A DNA stretch of 63,283 bases, the filler included, from Dicyema japonicum (Eukaryota > Animalia > Dicyemida): assembly GCA_011109175.1 (NCBI GenBank). It is 7 parts of 7 records of this genome, joined end to end, with 100 filler letters (N's around TTAATTAATTAA, not from the genome) between each part and the next. Parts side by side here need not be neighbours in the genome. Positions count along the whole stretch, not along the records: positions 36,589 to 50,781 come from RDEW01000034.1; positions 50,882 to 52,697 come from RDEW01000117.1; positions 52,798 to 54,232 come from RDEW01000030.1; positions 54,333 to 63,283 come from RDEW01000011.1; 3 more parts are not named here. One strand, written 5' to 3'. The notes beneath the pieces were generated by a model that saw only the letters and a list, made by a program, of their open reading frames with translations, was not told the origin of the DNA and searched no databases. Every line of letters starts with the position of its first letter. Positions within the stretch are counted from its first letter, which is position 1. A program made the translations under genes and the position numbers. Below, in pieces: positions 48,607 to 60,532 of the stretch.

Positions 48607-50881
48607 AATTTTATTATTTTTGGAAAAATTTCTGATCCGGCTAAAACATGTTAATGTGATAAAACTACGACATAAACTAAAAAAGACGACTTGACTTTTT
48701 TCCCCCTTACGGACTTGACTTTTTTTTTGCTTGACCTTTTTTCCGCTTGACTTTTTTTCCGCACTCCAATTATTCGGAAACAGAGGACATTACAAACAAC
48801 AAATGCTAAGAGAGACTGGCCATTGCGGCGAAGGATGGCCATAACAGGCAATTTGAAAATCATATCCCCTTGTGAGGGTTTCTGTATCTCAATTGTATTT
48901 CTGACCTCATTGATGTCACCTTTACCCATTATCATAACCGTATTGAGATAAGAAGAAACATCCTCCAAGCAACAAATATTCCTTCAGTTTCCACTTTTCT
49001 GAGGATTTAAAGAAATTACATACCAGGACAAAATCATCACCGGATTCCACGCAATTTCGCTGTACAGTTAAACCTCGTTCGAGATGAATTTTGCGGCAGT
49101 CAAACCTGACCAAAACGCATCACATTCTACCGGGGTAAGTTGATATGTCCAATTTTCATGGGATCAAATTGACATTTTAACTCATTAGTGCTTATAAGTT
49201 ATATTATAAACTTAGAAATTTTCAGATCTCATCTATTCGCGAATATTATAGAACGTCAGATTTATTTTATCTTTTTTAAACTAAACACACTTAGAATTTA
49301 CCTCATGTCAAAATCTTCGTGTCTTCCAAGACAAGAAAATCTGTTAAGTTCAATTGCACTCGATCTGTTTCATTCCTAACCAATCATCCAATCAAAATTG
49401 AAAGAGTGGAGAGTGACAATGTCAGAAGACGCACGTTAGTTGGGAGCACTTCCGTGTGATATATAAGCATATGAATACTTAGGGTTCGTCTTGTGTCCTG
49501 CTCTTCTATCTGTTCTATCGGTTTTTTATATGCAGTTTTTCTCTTGCACGTTTTTTGTAGTTTATCAAGGTCGTCAGTTTTTTTCATTCTGCCATGAACT
49601 TGGACATAATTTTGATTATAACAGAAGCTGCACATATACGATGACACATAATATTTCATAAGATTGTTTGCAAGTTTTTGTTAAGTTTCGAAGCACTAGA
49701 GGTAACGGCTTTCACTCCGCTGCCATCTTCGTTGATAACACTGTTGATACTTTTCATCGTCTTCCAGAAGGTGCCATACGAACATTCTTAAATAAATCGG
49801 TATTTGCTGTAATATCGGGTATTCGTTCTGGTGAGATTTTAAACAAGCAAGAAGTATCATTAACTATTCCTTAAAGTTCTGAATATACCAAAAGATTGGT
49901 GATGCTTAGATAATATTAAGACTTTAAAACACGTTACAGACATCAACAATTATTTGAACTAATAACACTTTTGTAAAAATTTGAACTTTTCATTATGAAA
50001 TATTTTTAATGTATTTAACATTGTGTGATATTTTAGGTGATAACCAAATACAAGAGTCATGTCTTATTAAATTCTGGAGATAATTCATCTAAACTTGAGT
50101 GACAAGTAAAAAACTCTTTCTCGCAAAGTCTGACATTTATCTTATATGCTGACGATATTAACTTTACTTAAAGAATTTAAATCTGAAATCATTCAACGTC
50201 GGTGTGATTTGTCGTTAAATTAGTTTATTTCGTTTTTATTATATTTTCTTGCTTTTTGTGTTTTTTTAAAATTAACCTCAATTATTCTATTTTTCTTTAA
50301 TAACAATTATGTTCTGGGAAATATTTTCTTATAATTAATCGTAGACGCTTATCCTGTCGTCATCAAAATGAGACTACCTGAGAAAACTGTGGATCTGTTA
50401 ATGGCGTCAATTCTTGAAATACCTAAAAGACGGGTATTTCAGGAAACATATGAACGATAGTACTTTCGTACAATGGTTAGTTGAAAGATACACTGTTATT
50501 TCGAAATAACAATAAAAAAGTGTACAAGTAAAAGAGAAATTACGAAATTAACCATCTGATAGTTAATAACTTCCATATAACATCTGCAATCATCCAACAT
50601 TGCTGATATAATTGGACAATCATGTGCCTCATTCCTTTGAGTCTCTAAGATAGTCAAACATAAAACCTCAATTCATGTTAAAAAAGTGAACTCTCCATCT
50701 AAACAAGTCACAGCATAAAATGGATAAAATTTGAAATGACATGACAAACAGAAGAACTTTTTAATTTTTTAAATAAAATATNNNNNNNNNNNNNNNNNNN
50801 NNNNNNNNNNNNNNNNNNNNNNNNNTTAATTAATTAANNNNNNNNNNNNNNNNNNNNNNNNNNNNNNNNNNNNNNNNNNNN

Positions 50882-51274
50882 TAAGCCGATAAGGAAATTC
50901 AAAATGGTAACTTCAAATTTAAATTTCCAAGGAAAATTTCCTACGATGAGTATCTTTAGATATTTATCCTCCATATTGTTCCGGCACGTGCTATGTTATG
51001 ACAAGGGCAGCAGTAGATGCTATAGTTGAGTTTGTAAAAATAAAAAATTAATACATTTGGAAGATGTTGCAATTACAGGTAAAAATTAAATAAACTCTTT
51101 AGGAATTTGTGGAGAGGAAGTTCAAGTCATAAAATATAATGTCAAGGGATTTATTATCGCTCAGAATTCTGGGAACATTGCCTCACTAAAAACGCAGTCT
51201 CTCACCATCTTGATAAATCCCCTGATAAAATGAGAGAATTTTACAATCAACAAAAAACAATTGTTGAAAAATAA
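50882..51274 (+). CDS. Beta-1,3-galactosyltransferase (GT31) family, 3' part; two mini-introns
   Basis: SKW|KISYDEY(P)LDIYPPYCSGTCYVMT..LIHLEDVAITG|ICG..SPDKMREFY matches the GT31 YPPYCSG and EDV motifs; 25- and 24-nt introns; homopolymer frameshifts. Confidence 0.8.
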
Positions 51275-52149
51275 TAAATGAGACTTTCGTTTTTATCATT
51301 CATTCCTCAGTTATCTCTTTCGAACAAAAATAATAAGAATTTAATCACGTTTAAAAATGGAAATAAATTTAATTTGAAAATAAAACTTCCATAATTTTAT
51401 TAATTAGTAATTATCTTGGTTGAAAAAATCAATTCCTGAATAAAAATCTTTTGTCGTGTAGGGCATGTCTGTTTCGAACAAACAATTTGAAACATATTCT
51501 ACGGGCCTTCCTGGTTTGACGAGTGACGCCGTCATCAGTGAATACTCACTGCGGAACTGGATTTGTCTAGAAAGGACACTCACACAAGAAAAAGAAAAAA
51601 AAGAAGTGAAGATCATTCCTTGGTTCTACGATTAGTTAAAATTAACTGTTCTTTACTTAAATAAAGTGTGTGTCCTGCCTATGCGGAGCTATAAAATACT
51701 CTGGCTCTCGTGAAAAGGCTTTATTATTATTCCTGCTGACATGGAAATTAAAAACACGGACGAACTGCATAATGTACAGGAGATTATTTTGGATGCTACC
51801 TTTAGCACAAAACTGCAAGCTCTGAAATCCATGGCTGATGCTGTAGAGTAGAGTGGGCCAGCGAGGTTGTCAGACTTTCTCGTCAGAGATTTAATCGTAT
51901 TCCGAGGAATGGATGGTTTATTATAATAGATGCTTTCAATGAAAAGTTTGGGACTTCGAAGTCTATCTCCGATATAAAACTCTCAAGAGTGTCCTGTACA
52001 AAGAATTCTATCAAGAGTAATTCTTGTGGAGCTCTCTCACAGAATTATGAAATATCCAATTTAAGAAATTATCTTGAGAAATTTAATTCCAAATTGGGAG
52101 AGTTCAAAGTCTTCCTCGAACTAATCGGCTTGCCACTAAGAAGATTCCT

Positions 52150-52620
52150 TACAAATTTTTGGATAAAAAGCTACTATTTGGAATGAATCTTGCAATTAAA
52201 GAAAATTTGAAATCCTATGAACTTGGATGAAATTTCAAAGAAACCGAAGACTCAATAAGTCCAATCAATAGTAACAACTGAGAATGTTGAGATCCGAGTC
52301 GATACGACGCTAATGACGGATCTCAAAGTACAGCATAATAAGCCGGACATATTTTTTTGATAAAAGGACAAGTGAGATTACTTTAGTAGAGGTTGGAATC
52401 ATTTTTCAGGAGTTGCTGAAAGTGGTTAAAGTAGAAAAACTTCATAAATAGGACTTCCTCGCTGGAGAGTTGTCTCAAATATACAATGCGAAAATTAAAA
52501 TTATTCCTATTGTTTTGGGAGAGAATTTTAAGTTCTACAAGTCATACATGGATGTTTTGTGTTAAAGAAAACTCTTGAAAGCATGTTAGTGGAGCACCGA
52601 CATGGGATGAACTTTAAGAA
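52150..52620 (+). mobile_element. R4-like retroelement 3' fragment, decayed
   Basis: VQSIVTTENVEIRVDT..HNKPDIF..LVEVGI..KIIPIVL. Confidence 0.8.
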
Positions 52621-52797
52621 AATGATAATAATGAGGTCATTCATTTCTTACAACGAAAGTCTCTACAAAAAGTTGAGGATGACGGAATCATGCCCATNNN
52701 NNNNNNNNNNNNNNNNNNNNNNNNNNNNNNNNNNNNNNNNNTTAATTAATTAANNNNNNNNNNNNNNNNNNNNNNNNNNNNNNNNNNNNNNNNNNNN

Positions 52798-53338
52798 TGT
52801 CCATTAAAAAATATAGCCTCGTGGCCATCTTTCCTAGCTCATAGACCACATTAGGAAGGCTGTAACCTCGAGCCTCTGACATATTCTCTCCACTTAGAAA
52901 TCCTGGAGTGTCTATTATGTCCATCCCCTTTAAGACGAGATTAGGAAGCCGAGTCAAACGAAAATGGCGACTCAAATTCTTATTTTGAGGACAAAAGTTC
53001 TGAAATCCTAACGAAGGGTCATTCATTAGAATCACTCCATCACTTGACAGTTTCTTCTCTCCGTATTTCAGAACGTGAAATGCGTCTGTTGTGGGCTCAG
53101 GGCCTGTTCTCAGTTCAGGAGAGTCATCCTGTAATAAATAGGCAATGGCTGTCGTCTTCCCAGCTGAGTATGAACCCAGGAATAAGCACATAGGCTTCAT
53201 TTCAAGGTGGTTTGGACTTTGAGGACTCATGCAGTACATATTGAAACCAGTCGTTCCTTCAAGAGGTCGAATTATCTTGTCATATGGTTGGGACAATTTC
53301 TGGAGGATTTCCGATATTTTATCTGCAGTGGTCGACAT
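52798..53338 (-). CDS. EHD/RME-1 family dynamin-like ATPase, N-terminal G domain (3' part in gap)
   Basis: KPMCLFLGSYSAGKTT P-loop, GPEPTTDAF and IIDTPGFLSGE; uninterrupted ORF; start may lie further upstream. Confidence 0.85.
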
Positions 53339-53640
53339 TTCTTGCTTCTGCGCTTCAATCGCATCAAGTGATGACTTTTTCTGCCAATAATGTATATCAT
53401 TACCGTTACACGTCTTACTGAATTAATCATTTGAGTTTGATGACCACACTAATAATACAAACCACAGTAATGAATATATTTTTATCCTATTGAGATTATA
53501 CACTTTATTGTTATTTAAATTTTTTGAATATTATTCTATTATTAAATATATATTCGATTTATATTGAACGTGATTTCTAATACGATAATGCCGTTTGACT
53601 CGCCTACGTGGTTGCATCGCTCACTTGAAGTGTAGGAAAA

Positions 53641-53940
53641 GTGTCACAAACTCCCTATCCCGCAACCATGAACGCGCGGATGATGTCGAATCCTACTTTT
53701 TCCTGTAGAGATGTCGAGGAAATATTGAGACACCCTTGAGGTGCATCCTCATAATCAATAGAAGAATGAAAGTGATATCCGCAACGGAAGGTGTCACAAA
53801 CTCCCTATCCCGCAACCATGAACGCGCGGATGATGTCGAATCCTACTTTTTCCTGTAGAGATGTCGAGGAAATATTGAGACACCCTTGAGGTGCATCCTC
53901 ATAATCAATAGAAGAATGAAAGTGATATCCGCAACGGAAG
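53641..53940. repeat. Exact 2 x 150-bp tandem duplication
   Basis: 53641-53790 is repeated at 53791-53940. Confidence 0.9.
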
Positions 53941-54332
53941 GACGTGTGATGAATATGGAAGAGATGGATTTTGTCGACACAAGCAGATGTTCTTCCCTGG
54001 GTTCCTTCCTTGTATTAATTATGTATGACTGTTTGTGCTGGGCTTACCAAAGATCGCAAGCATGGAGTTAATAATAACTTAATAGTCACTGGACTCTTAC
54101 AAGGTAGTAAGGCCCGGGTAACTTAACTAACTCAAATTAGGTGTAGATTGTCAAAAGGGTAGTTTGTTATCATGTCTTCTTAATGCTGGGGAGATTACCT
54201 ACACAACTTGTTAATTGAATGGTTCATGTCATNNNNNNNNNNNNNNNNNNNNNNNNNNNNNNNNNNNNNNNNNNNNTTAATTAATTAANNNNNNNNNNNN
54301 NNNNNNNNNNNNNNNNNNNNNNNNNNNNNNNN

Positions 54333-54823
54333 TTCACATTTAGATTATTCTTTGTGGATTGAATGTCATGCTACATCGTGCTCAGTGAAAGGATAATTTT
54401 CGATTCTTAACAAAATATTGACCAAGGATAGGAATTTAAAAGCGGAAAAATAAAATATCAGTTAATTGTGAAAAACTCGATAAACGATGAATAAAATTAC
54501 TTTAAATTTTCATAGGAGTAGTTTATATATGAAAATAAAGTTGTAAATAGTATTTTTTAAATCAATTTTTCAGTAAATTTTTAAAATTTTAAGGTTAATT
54601 AAATTGACTTTTTAAGGGAAAATATCAGTTAATTGTGAAAAACTCGATAAACGATGAATAAAATTACTTTAAATTTTCATAAGAGTAGTTTATATATGAA
54701 AATAAAGTTGTAAATAGTATTTTTTAAATCAATTTTTCAGTAAATTTTTAAAATTTTAAGGTTAATTAAATTGATTTTTTAAGGGCAATTTTTATTTTTT
54801 AAGCCAATGAAAATGTTACCCTA
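54333..54823 (+). mobile_element. 3' part of a TAGGG-type hAT element with an internal tandem duplication
   Basis: Homologous to 20125-20452 (CHATSCSV.R..S motif, GTCAA/TCAATT repeats); ends ACCCTA; about 170 bp duplicated. Confidence 0.8.
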
Positions 54824-55942
54824 ATAATAAGATAGTATAGAAATTATAAAGAAATCGAGGGATTAACTTGAATTAAAAAAGATTGAATCATTGGCTAATA
54901 TGACCAATCAGATTGCAGAATATCGAATATAATAAAGGATTCTACAAATCGAAAATATAATTAATCAATTTTAATACAAATATTAACCCAACAGAGACAA
55001 AAAATTAAAAAAAATATAAACATAACAAAACAACGGAAGCCTACAACAATACCACGTAAGCAACGTGCTTATATATTTGTTTTCCAGATAAAAATACCTA
55101 TAATTTAATATTTATTTTATTATAATATAATTTAAGTTTTTCATGTTATAGAAAATTTTGAAATTATCGAAAACTCTTTTGGGAATTTACTTTATATCTC
55201 TTTTATGTCTATATGAACCTACACCAATACCAATTTATTAGTAAATATCGTTTTTTAATAAGTTTTGAATACGAAACATATGAATTGAATCGACCACAGT
55301 ACTTTACCGAGTCATGAGGGCCACGATGGTGGCATCATCCAAGTACGAGAGGCTGAGTGGCGATGCCTCATTTTGAATTGAAAGTGGCGTTTTAAATTAG
55401 ATTCTTTGAATACAGCTACTATTTTATAACAAACCACACCTGCAAATTTGTTTCAATTTCGGTGAAAAAATATTTTTGAGTCTAATTTTGATTAAAAGCA
55501 TGACATTCTTCTTCAACATTTCAGCAAATTCTAAACGATTCCAAAATTTAACAACTCAAAAAATGGAGGACAATCAATAGCTTTACAGGTTAATGGTCTT
55601 GGAAAGATGAATGAGAAAATCTTCTTTGAAAGTAAAACCATTTGTATGCACTAGTTTCCTACGTTTCTGCAAGGATCCAGGAAACCTGCTTAGAAAAAAA
55701 ATGAACCGGGCAGAGGAATTCCGGTCTGTCATAAAAAAGTGCACTATAATTGAATTCATCTAGAGACGGGGACGTCGCCACTCAAAGAGNTGGATGACAA
55801 AGAGCATTTTTTCTTTGATTCCTGCATTGAACTCATATGTTTTTACAGCCGTGTTTTAGATACAACGAGAACATTTGAGACGTTTTAAAATGTTCTTATG
55901 ATAATTTTTTAAAGTATTTCTGTTATAAATGTATCATAACTA

Positions 55943-56800
55943 CACCCCTCGTGACTAAGAAATTTGGAAAAAACAACGACTTTCATTGGCATAAAATTTG
56001 GTTATCGTGAGATTAATGTGTAGAATAACTTCCTGTTGCCGAATAGATCTCCCAACATCTTTTTTTCATTGACTCAACTAATTTTTCAAGTTTTTTTGTT
56101 GGAATAGAATTCCAAATATCTAATAGATTTTCCTTTAGTGCCTGAATGTTCTCATTCTTTCTTTGCCTAATTTGTACCTTCATATAAGCCCACAAATGCT
56201 CTATCGGATTTAAATCTGGAGATTTCGAAGGCCATTCTAATTTTTTAATATGTTTTTCGCGAAAATATTAATAATCATTTTTGATATATGGCTGGGAGCG
56301 TTGTCATGTTGAAAAATATAGTCAACAATCCCCATTTTTTGTGCAGAATGTGGCAAATTATCGGTCAAAATAGATTGATATTTTGCAGAATTAAGCGTCT
56401 TGTCTATAAATACCAAATCGCCTACCCCATGATAGGAAAAACAACCCCACACCATGACTTTCCCTAATTTTTTATTACATCACAATTTACCTTTTCCAGA
56501 TTTGACAGTTGAAGTAATATTGTCGGATTTATTTATTTCAAATTTTTTTCTATTCGCAATTTTTCTTTTTTGGGTCGGTAATAATTCAAAAATACATTCA
56601 TCAGAAAAGATTATTGATTTAGAATCATGGTCTGAAATTTGAAGACATTTTTTACGATCTCGAATCTGGAAACCATGTGTTTTTTTGTTAGAAGTGGTTT
56701 TTTCTTTACAATTCTTCCGAAAATTCCATTTTTATTTAAATTTCGTATTATGGTTAGAGACGAGACACGTGTACCATAAAACTTTTCTATTTCATTAGAG
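55943..56800 (-). mobile_element. Tc1-like transposon (DD34E type), 5'-truncated and frameshifted
   Basis: KKPLLTKKH, IFSDEC, VWGCFSYHGVG, FQHDNAPSH and SPDLNPIEHLW; TA|CACCCC terminus at 55941-55948. Confidence 0.85.
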
Positions 56801-56918
56801 CAGGGTTTCCCAAACTTTTTATTTCGAGACACCCCTAAAAATGTTAACTTTATCCTCGGCACCCCTAAATAATATTTTAAATAAATATTTGTTAAAAACT
56901 AAACTGAACAATGATTCA
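56801..56918. mobile_element. Truncated copy of the hAT MITE at 2999
   Basis: Near-identical to 2999-3115; preceded by the TA-centred 8-mer CATTAGAG. Confidence 0.85.
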
Positions 56919-57371
56919 GCTCCCAGTTGATTTTCAGATAGAGGAACGAAAGCTTCCACAAACTATGCAAGCTTGGTATTTACACATTTGGTCATCAGTT
57001 TATAGAGCGATGGCATACATGTTTTAGGCCGTAACTTTTTTGCAAATACCGGATTTTAACACTTTGGAATAAGATGTGTCACTTCTGTGTAGAACCAATT
57101 TCCAGGAGTGGTTTCTCCTGGAGTGGATTAAGCTCAAATTTTTGATTATCTAGTCCAGTGCTTCCCGATTCGTTTTGAGTTCGCTCCCCCAAAAATTTTA
57201 AAAGCCAACCTGGCACCCCCATTTTTAAATCTAACAGAGAATTTTATTAAAAAAATCATTTAAAAAATTATTTAGGTTCCTTGAGATTTTTCTTGCCTTT
57301 TAGTCTTAATTAATTCTTCGAAACGCGGTTTTTTGTTTGCTAGTGCAATTCTGAGATCGTTTTCAGGGCTA

Positions 57372-58190
57372 CAAATTAGTTTTGGGACACTTGTTTATTT
57401 TTAATAAAATTTTATTTTCTATAACATAACTGTTTCTATTTAATTTTTTCCAAAAGTATAAAAGTGCACCTAGTTTTTTTACATCATAGATCATTAAAAA
57501 AATTACAAAATTAGTTTAATTTATAGAAAAATTTTTCATTTATATCCAAGAGCTGGAATATCAAGTGCCAAATTAGTCTTGGGACAGTTGGGTATTTATT
57601 TACTTTTTGATAAAATAATTGGATTCATCTTCATATCGACCAATGAAATTATACTAATTTCGAATTCATTCGTATATTTAAACGATTATTAACATCATTT
57701 GCGATTAATATTTTGTATATGCCTAAGCTCAAGGAACATTCAGAAGATATCAAAAATCTTATAGTTCTTGAATATAATGCAGGAAAATCAATCCGAAAAA
57801 TTTCCCAAAGTGTTCATATTCCGAAGAGTACAGTATGGAACATTATCAATAAATGGAAATTATTAAAAACTACCAAAAATAGCCAAGATCAGGACGACCG
57901 AAAAAACTCAAAAATGGCTAGAAGAACATTTAATTATTACCCTTGAATGGCCAAGTCAGTTCCCAGATTTAAACCCGGTTGAAAATCTTTGGAAAGAATT
58001 AAAAGCCAAAGTATGGGCACATAATCCAAAAAATATCACGGAATTAAAATCATTTTGTTTCGAAGAATGGAATAAAATTCCCGTAGAAACTTGTAAAAAC
58101 CTTGTGAGCAATTACAAAAATCGTTTAAATGCAGTTTTGGACAATAAAGGATACTTTACAAAGTATTAAGGGATTTGTCCCAAGACTAAT
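57372..58190 (+). mobile_element. Internally deleted Tc1-like element with IR-DR-type ends
   Basis: Paired-type HTH (57713-57890) joined to LEWPSQFPDLNPVENLW..NKGYFTKY*. Direct repeats CAAATTAGT(T/C)TTGGGACA near 57372 and 57570, with an inverted copy TGTCCCAAGACTAAT at 58176-58190. Confidence 0.75.
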
Positions 58191-58249
58191 TAACATTTGA
58201 TTTTATGACTGTTTGTTTAAAATGTTAAAGTTTTCTTAAAATAAATCGA

Positions 58250-59348
58250 TTTTTGATTATTTTTAAATGTTTTATAATGAGGAAAACCCTGTTTAATTTT
58301 TTTGCTAAGATGTCTTCAGATCAAAAAAACACATTAAAATTAATCTCGAGGAATAAACCATCAATTTCTGCTGTGTCTCTTTCTGAAATTGCCAAAACCA
58401 ATTTTAATGTTGACGTCTCTCCCAAAACAATTGGTCGGATACTGAATTCATTTTGGTTGCATGCCCAATTAGCAAAACATAAACCTCTTTTGACTTCAAA
58501 AAACATCAATTCCAGATGGTTAATTTCGAAAAAGTTTTTATCCTTTTCTGACAAAGAATGGAAGAAAGTCATCTTCTCGGATGAATCATGTTTTGAAGTT
58601 TATAATAGTAAAGTACGAAAAATTGTTTACCGTGAAAATGGTTCTGGCTATAAAAAGTCCAATATCGTGCCTACTGTTAAGTACGGTGGAGAAATGTTAA
58701 TGCTGTGGGATGTTTCTCATATGAAGGTGTGGGTAATCTTGTTATTATAAATGGAAAAACGAACAGTGCAAAATATTTAAACATTATATCAAATAATCTC
58801 GAGCAATCACCGCTAAAAATAAGGTTAAACTCGTTTATTTTTCAGCAAGATAATCCGCTTTGCCATACTTCGCGGGTAGTAACTGGATATATGAAAGATA
58901 GAAAATATACAATTCTTGATTGGGCATCTCAATCATCTGACCTGAATCCAATAGAGCATGTTTGGGCGATGTTAAGAGTAAATTATTGCAAAATCCCCCC
59001 CAAATTTTGAAAGATTTGGAAACAAAATTATTTGCAATATGGGAGTCACTACCAACAAAATACCTAGAAAATCTACTTCCAAAAGAAGTTTGTAAGTTTA
59101 TTAGGCACGTGGGTGGATATCAACTTATTAAATTTTAATTCTTTTTATTAAAATTAAAAAAATCCAAATAATTATGTCCAGCAAAATTTAAATTTTGCGT
59201 TAAAATTCAATTTTAAAAGGAAAAAATAATTTTTAATATTAAACAAATAATTCGAATCTTGATAAGAATTGTTTTAATATATTCATTTATAATTTTTTAA
59301 AGAAAAAAGTCGATTTATAACAAATCTAATTTTTTCTGTCGGGCACTG
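58250..59348 (+). mobile_element. Tc1-like transposon, frameshifted, 5' end missing
   Basis: VIFSDESCF, WGCFSYEGVG, FQQDNPLCH and DLNPIEHVW; ends ..GGGCACTG|TA. Confidence 0.85.
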
Positions 59349-59366
59349 TAGTTCCTTAATATTCAA

Positions 59367-59780
59367 ATGCTTCACACACGCAAAATGGATTCAATTGAAA
59401 GTATAAATTATGAAAACCCTGTCATTGAAAATTACGAATATATTCTAGAAAAAATGAACATAAGTGATCCTTTAGAAGAGAGACTTTATATCGAAATTGA
59501 CTACAATGAAAATGAAGAATTTGATTTGAATGATTCCGAGACAATAGAACAAGAAATGGATAGTGAAGAACCCCTACAGGAAAGTCAGAAAGGTGTAACT
59601 TTTAACGAGGCTTTTCAAGCTTTAAATAAATTAAAAGAATTCTATAATCAAGAAGAATTCTTCGATGTCGAAAATCTCGAATCTATTGAAAAGCTTGGAT
59701 CTTCAATGATCCGAATTCTAAAAAAAACAAATCAAAAATTACTGATTTTTTGTGTTATAAATAATTTTTTTGCTTTACAT
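59367..59780 (+). mobile_element. pogo/Tigger-like transposase C-terminal fragment
   Basis: Acidic tract, VTFNEAFQALNKL and a frameshifted QK.ITDF end motif. Confidence 0.55.
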
Positions 59781-60139
59781 TATTAATGGATGGAAAAATC
59801 AATAAGTCTCTCGAATCCGCCATTTCACGGGGATCGGCAAAATCTGGCGGATTCGAGAGACTTTATAAACAAAGGCCTCGGGGTGTTCCGTTATTAAAGA
59901 AAATACACATTTCTATACGAATTAAATATGCCAAACATCTTTTAAATAAAGAAAACGAGACGCTTCGCTTCATTATGGTTTTAGGAATTCAAACAGAAAT
60001 AAAATCGCGCAAATAAATGCAAAGGATTTACAAACACCACTAATAATGAATGTGGGCATTTATTCAATCACACAAATCGCACTAATATATTCAGAGGACA
60101 AGAAAGAACTAAGCTTTTAATTCCATCAGACGTGATCAC

Positions 60140-60510
60140 CTACTGGAGTGCTGCCGCGAACTGGTTCTTTTCGCATATCCTCTTGTGCATCTCTCATATG
60201 CTTCCCCAAATATCCTTATGTTCGACGATGTTCCTATCTCTTCGTCTACCGGGGTCCAGCAGGGTGATTCCCTGGGCCCCGTGCTTTTTTCCATGGGTGT
60301 TAACACAGAGGCGACCTTCTTTCCGACTTTGACAATATCCTCAGGCTCGGTACGAGCTCACTTTGCAATCTGGCCTTCGACGATCCTGGCTGGACTCAAG
60401 CATCTCTACCTGTGCGCTGAGGCGGACTTGGCATGAGATCCTATTCCGATCTGGCCCTCCCTGCATTCCTATCCGCTCACTCTGCTTCACGTTCTCTCTC
60501 AGTGTGCATT
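60140..60510 (+). mobile_element. Internally deleted CRE-like RT fragment
   Basis: SSTGVQQGDSLGPVLF joined to GGLGMRSYSDLALPAFLS. Confidence 0.8.
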
Positions 60511-60532
60511 AAGGTGGATACTCCAATACGTN

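Noticed and set aside
48650-49900. Short minus-strand ORFs with a possible 25-nt intron; pogo-like TIR start at about 49067
   Set aside because: Could be a decayed gene or TE, but no family was recognised and frames could not be joined.
50360-50480. DIRS-like recombinase scrap (LPEKTVDLLMAS) and nearby LYADDI
   Set aside because: Too short to support a call.
53641-53940. 150-bp direct repeat as an LTR or CRISPR-like unit
   Set aside because: Two exact adjacent copies with no spacer or internal domain, on a short contig; most likely an assembly or recent tandem duplication.
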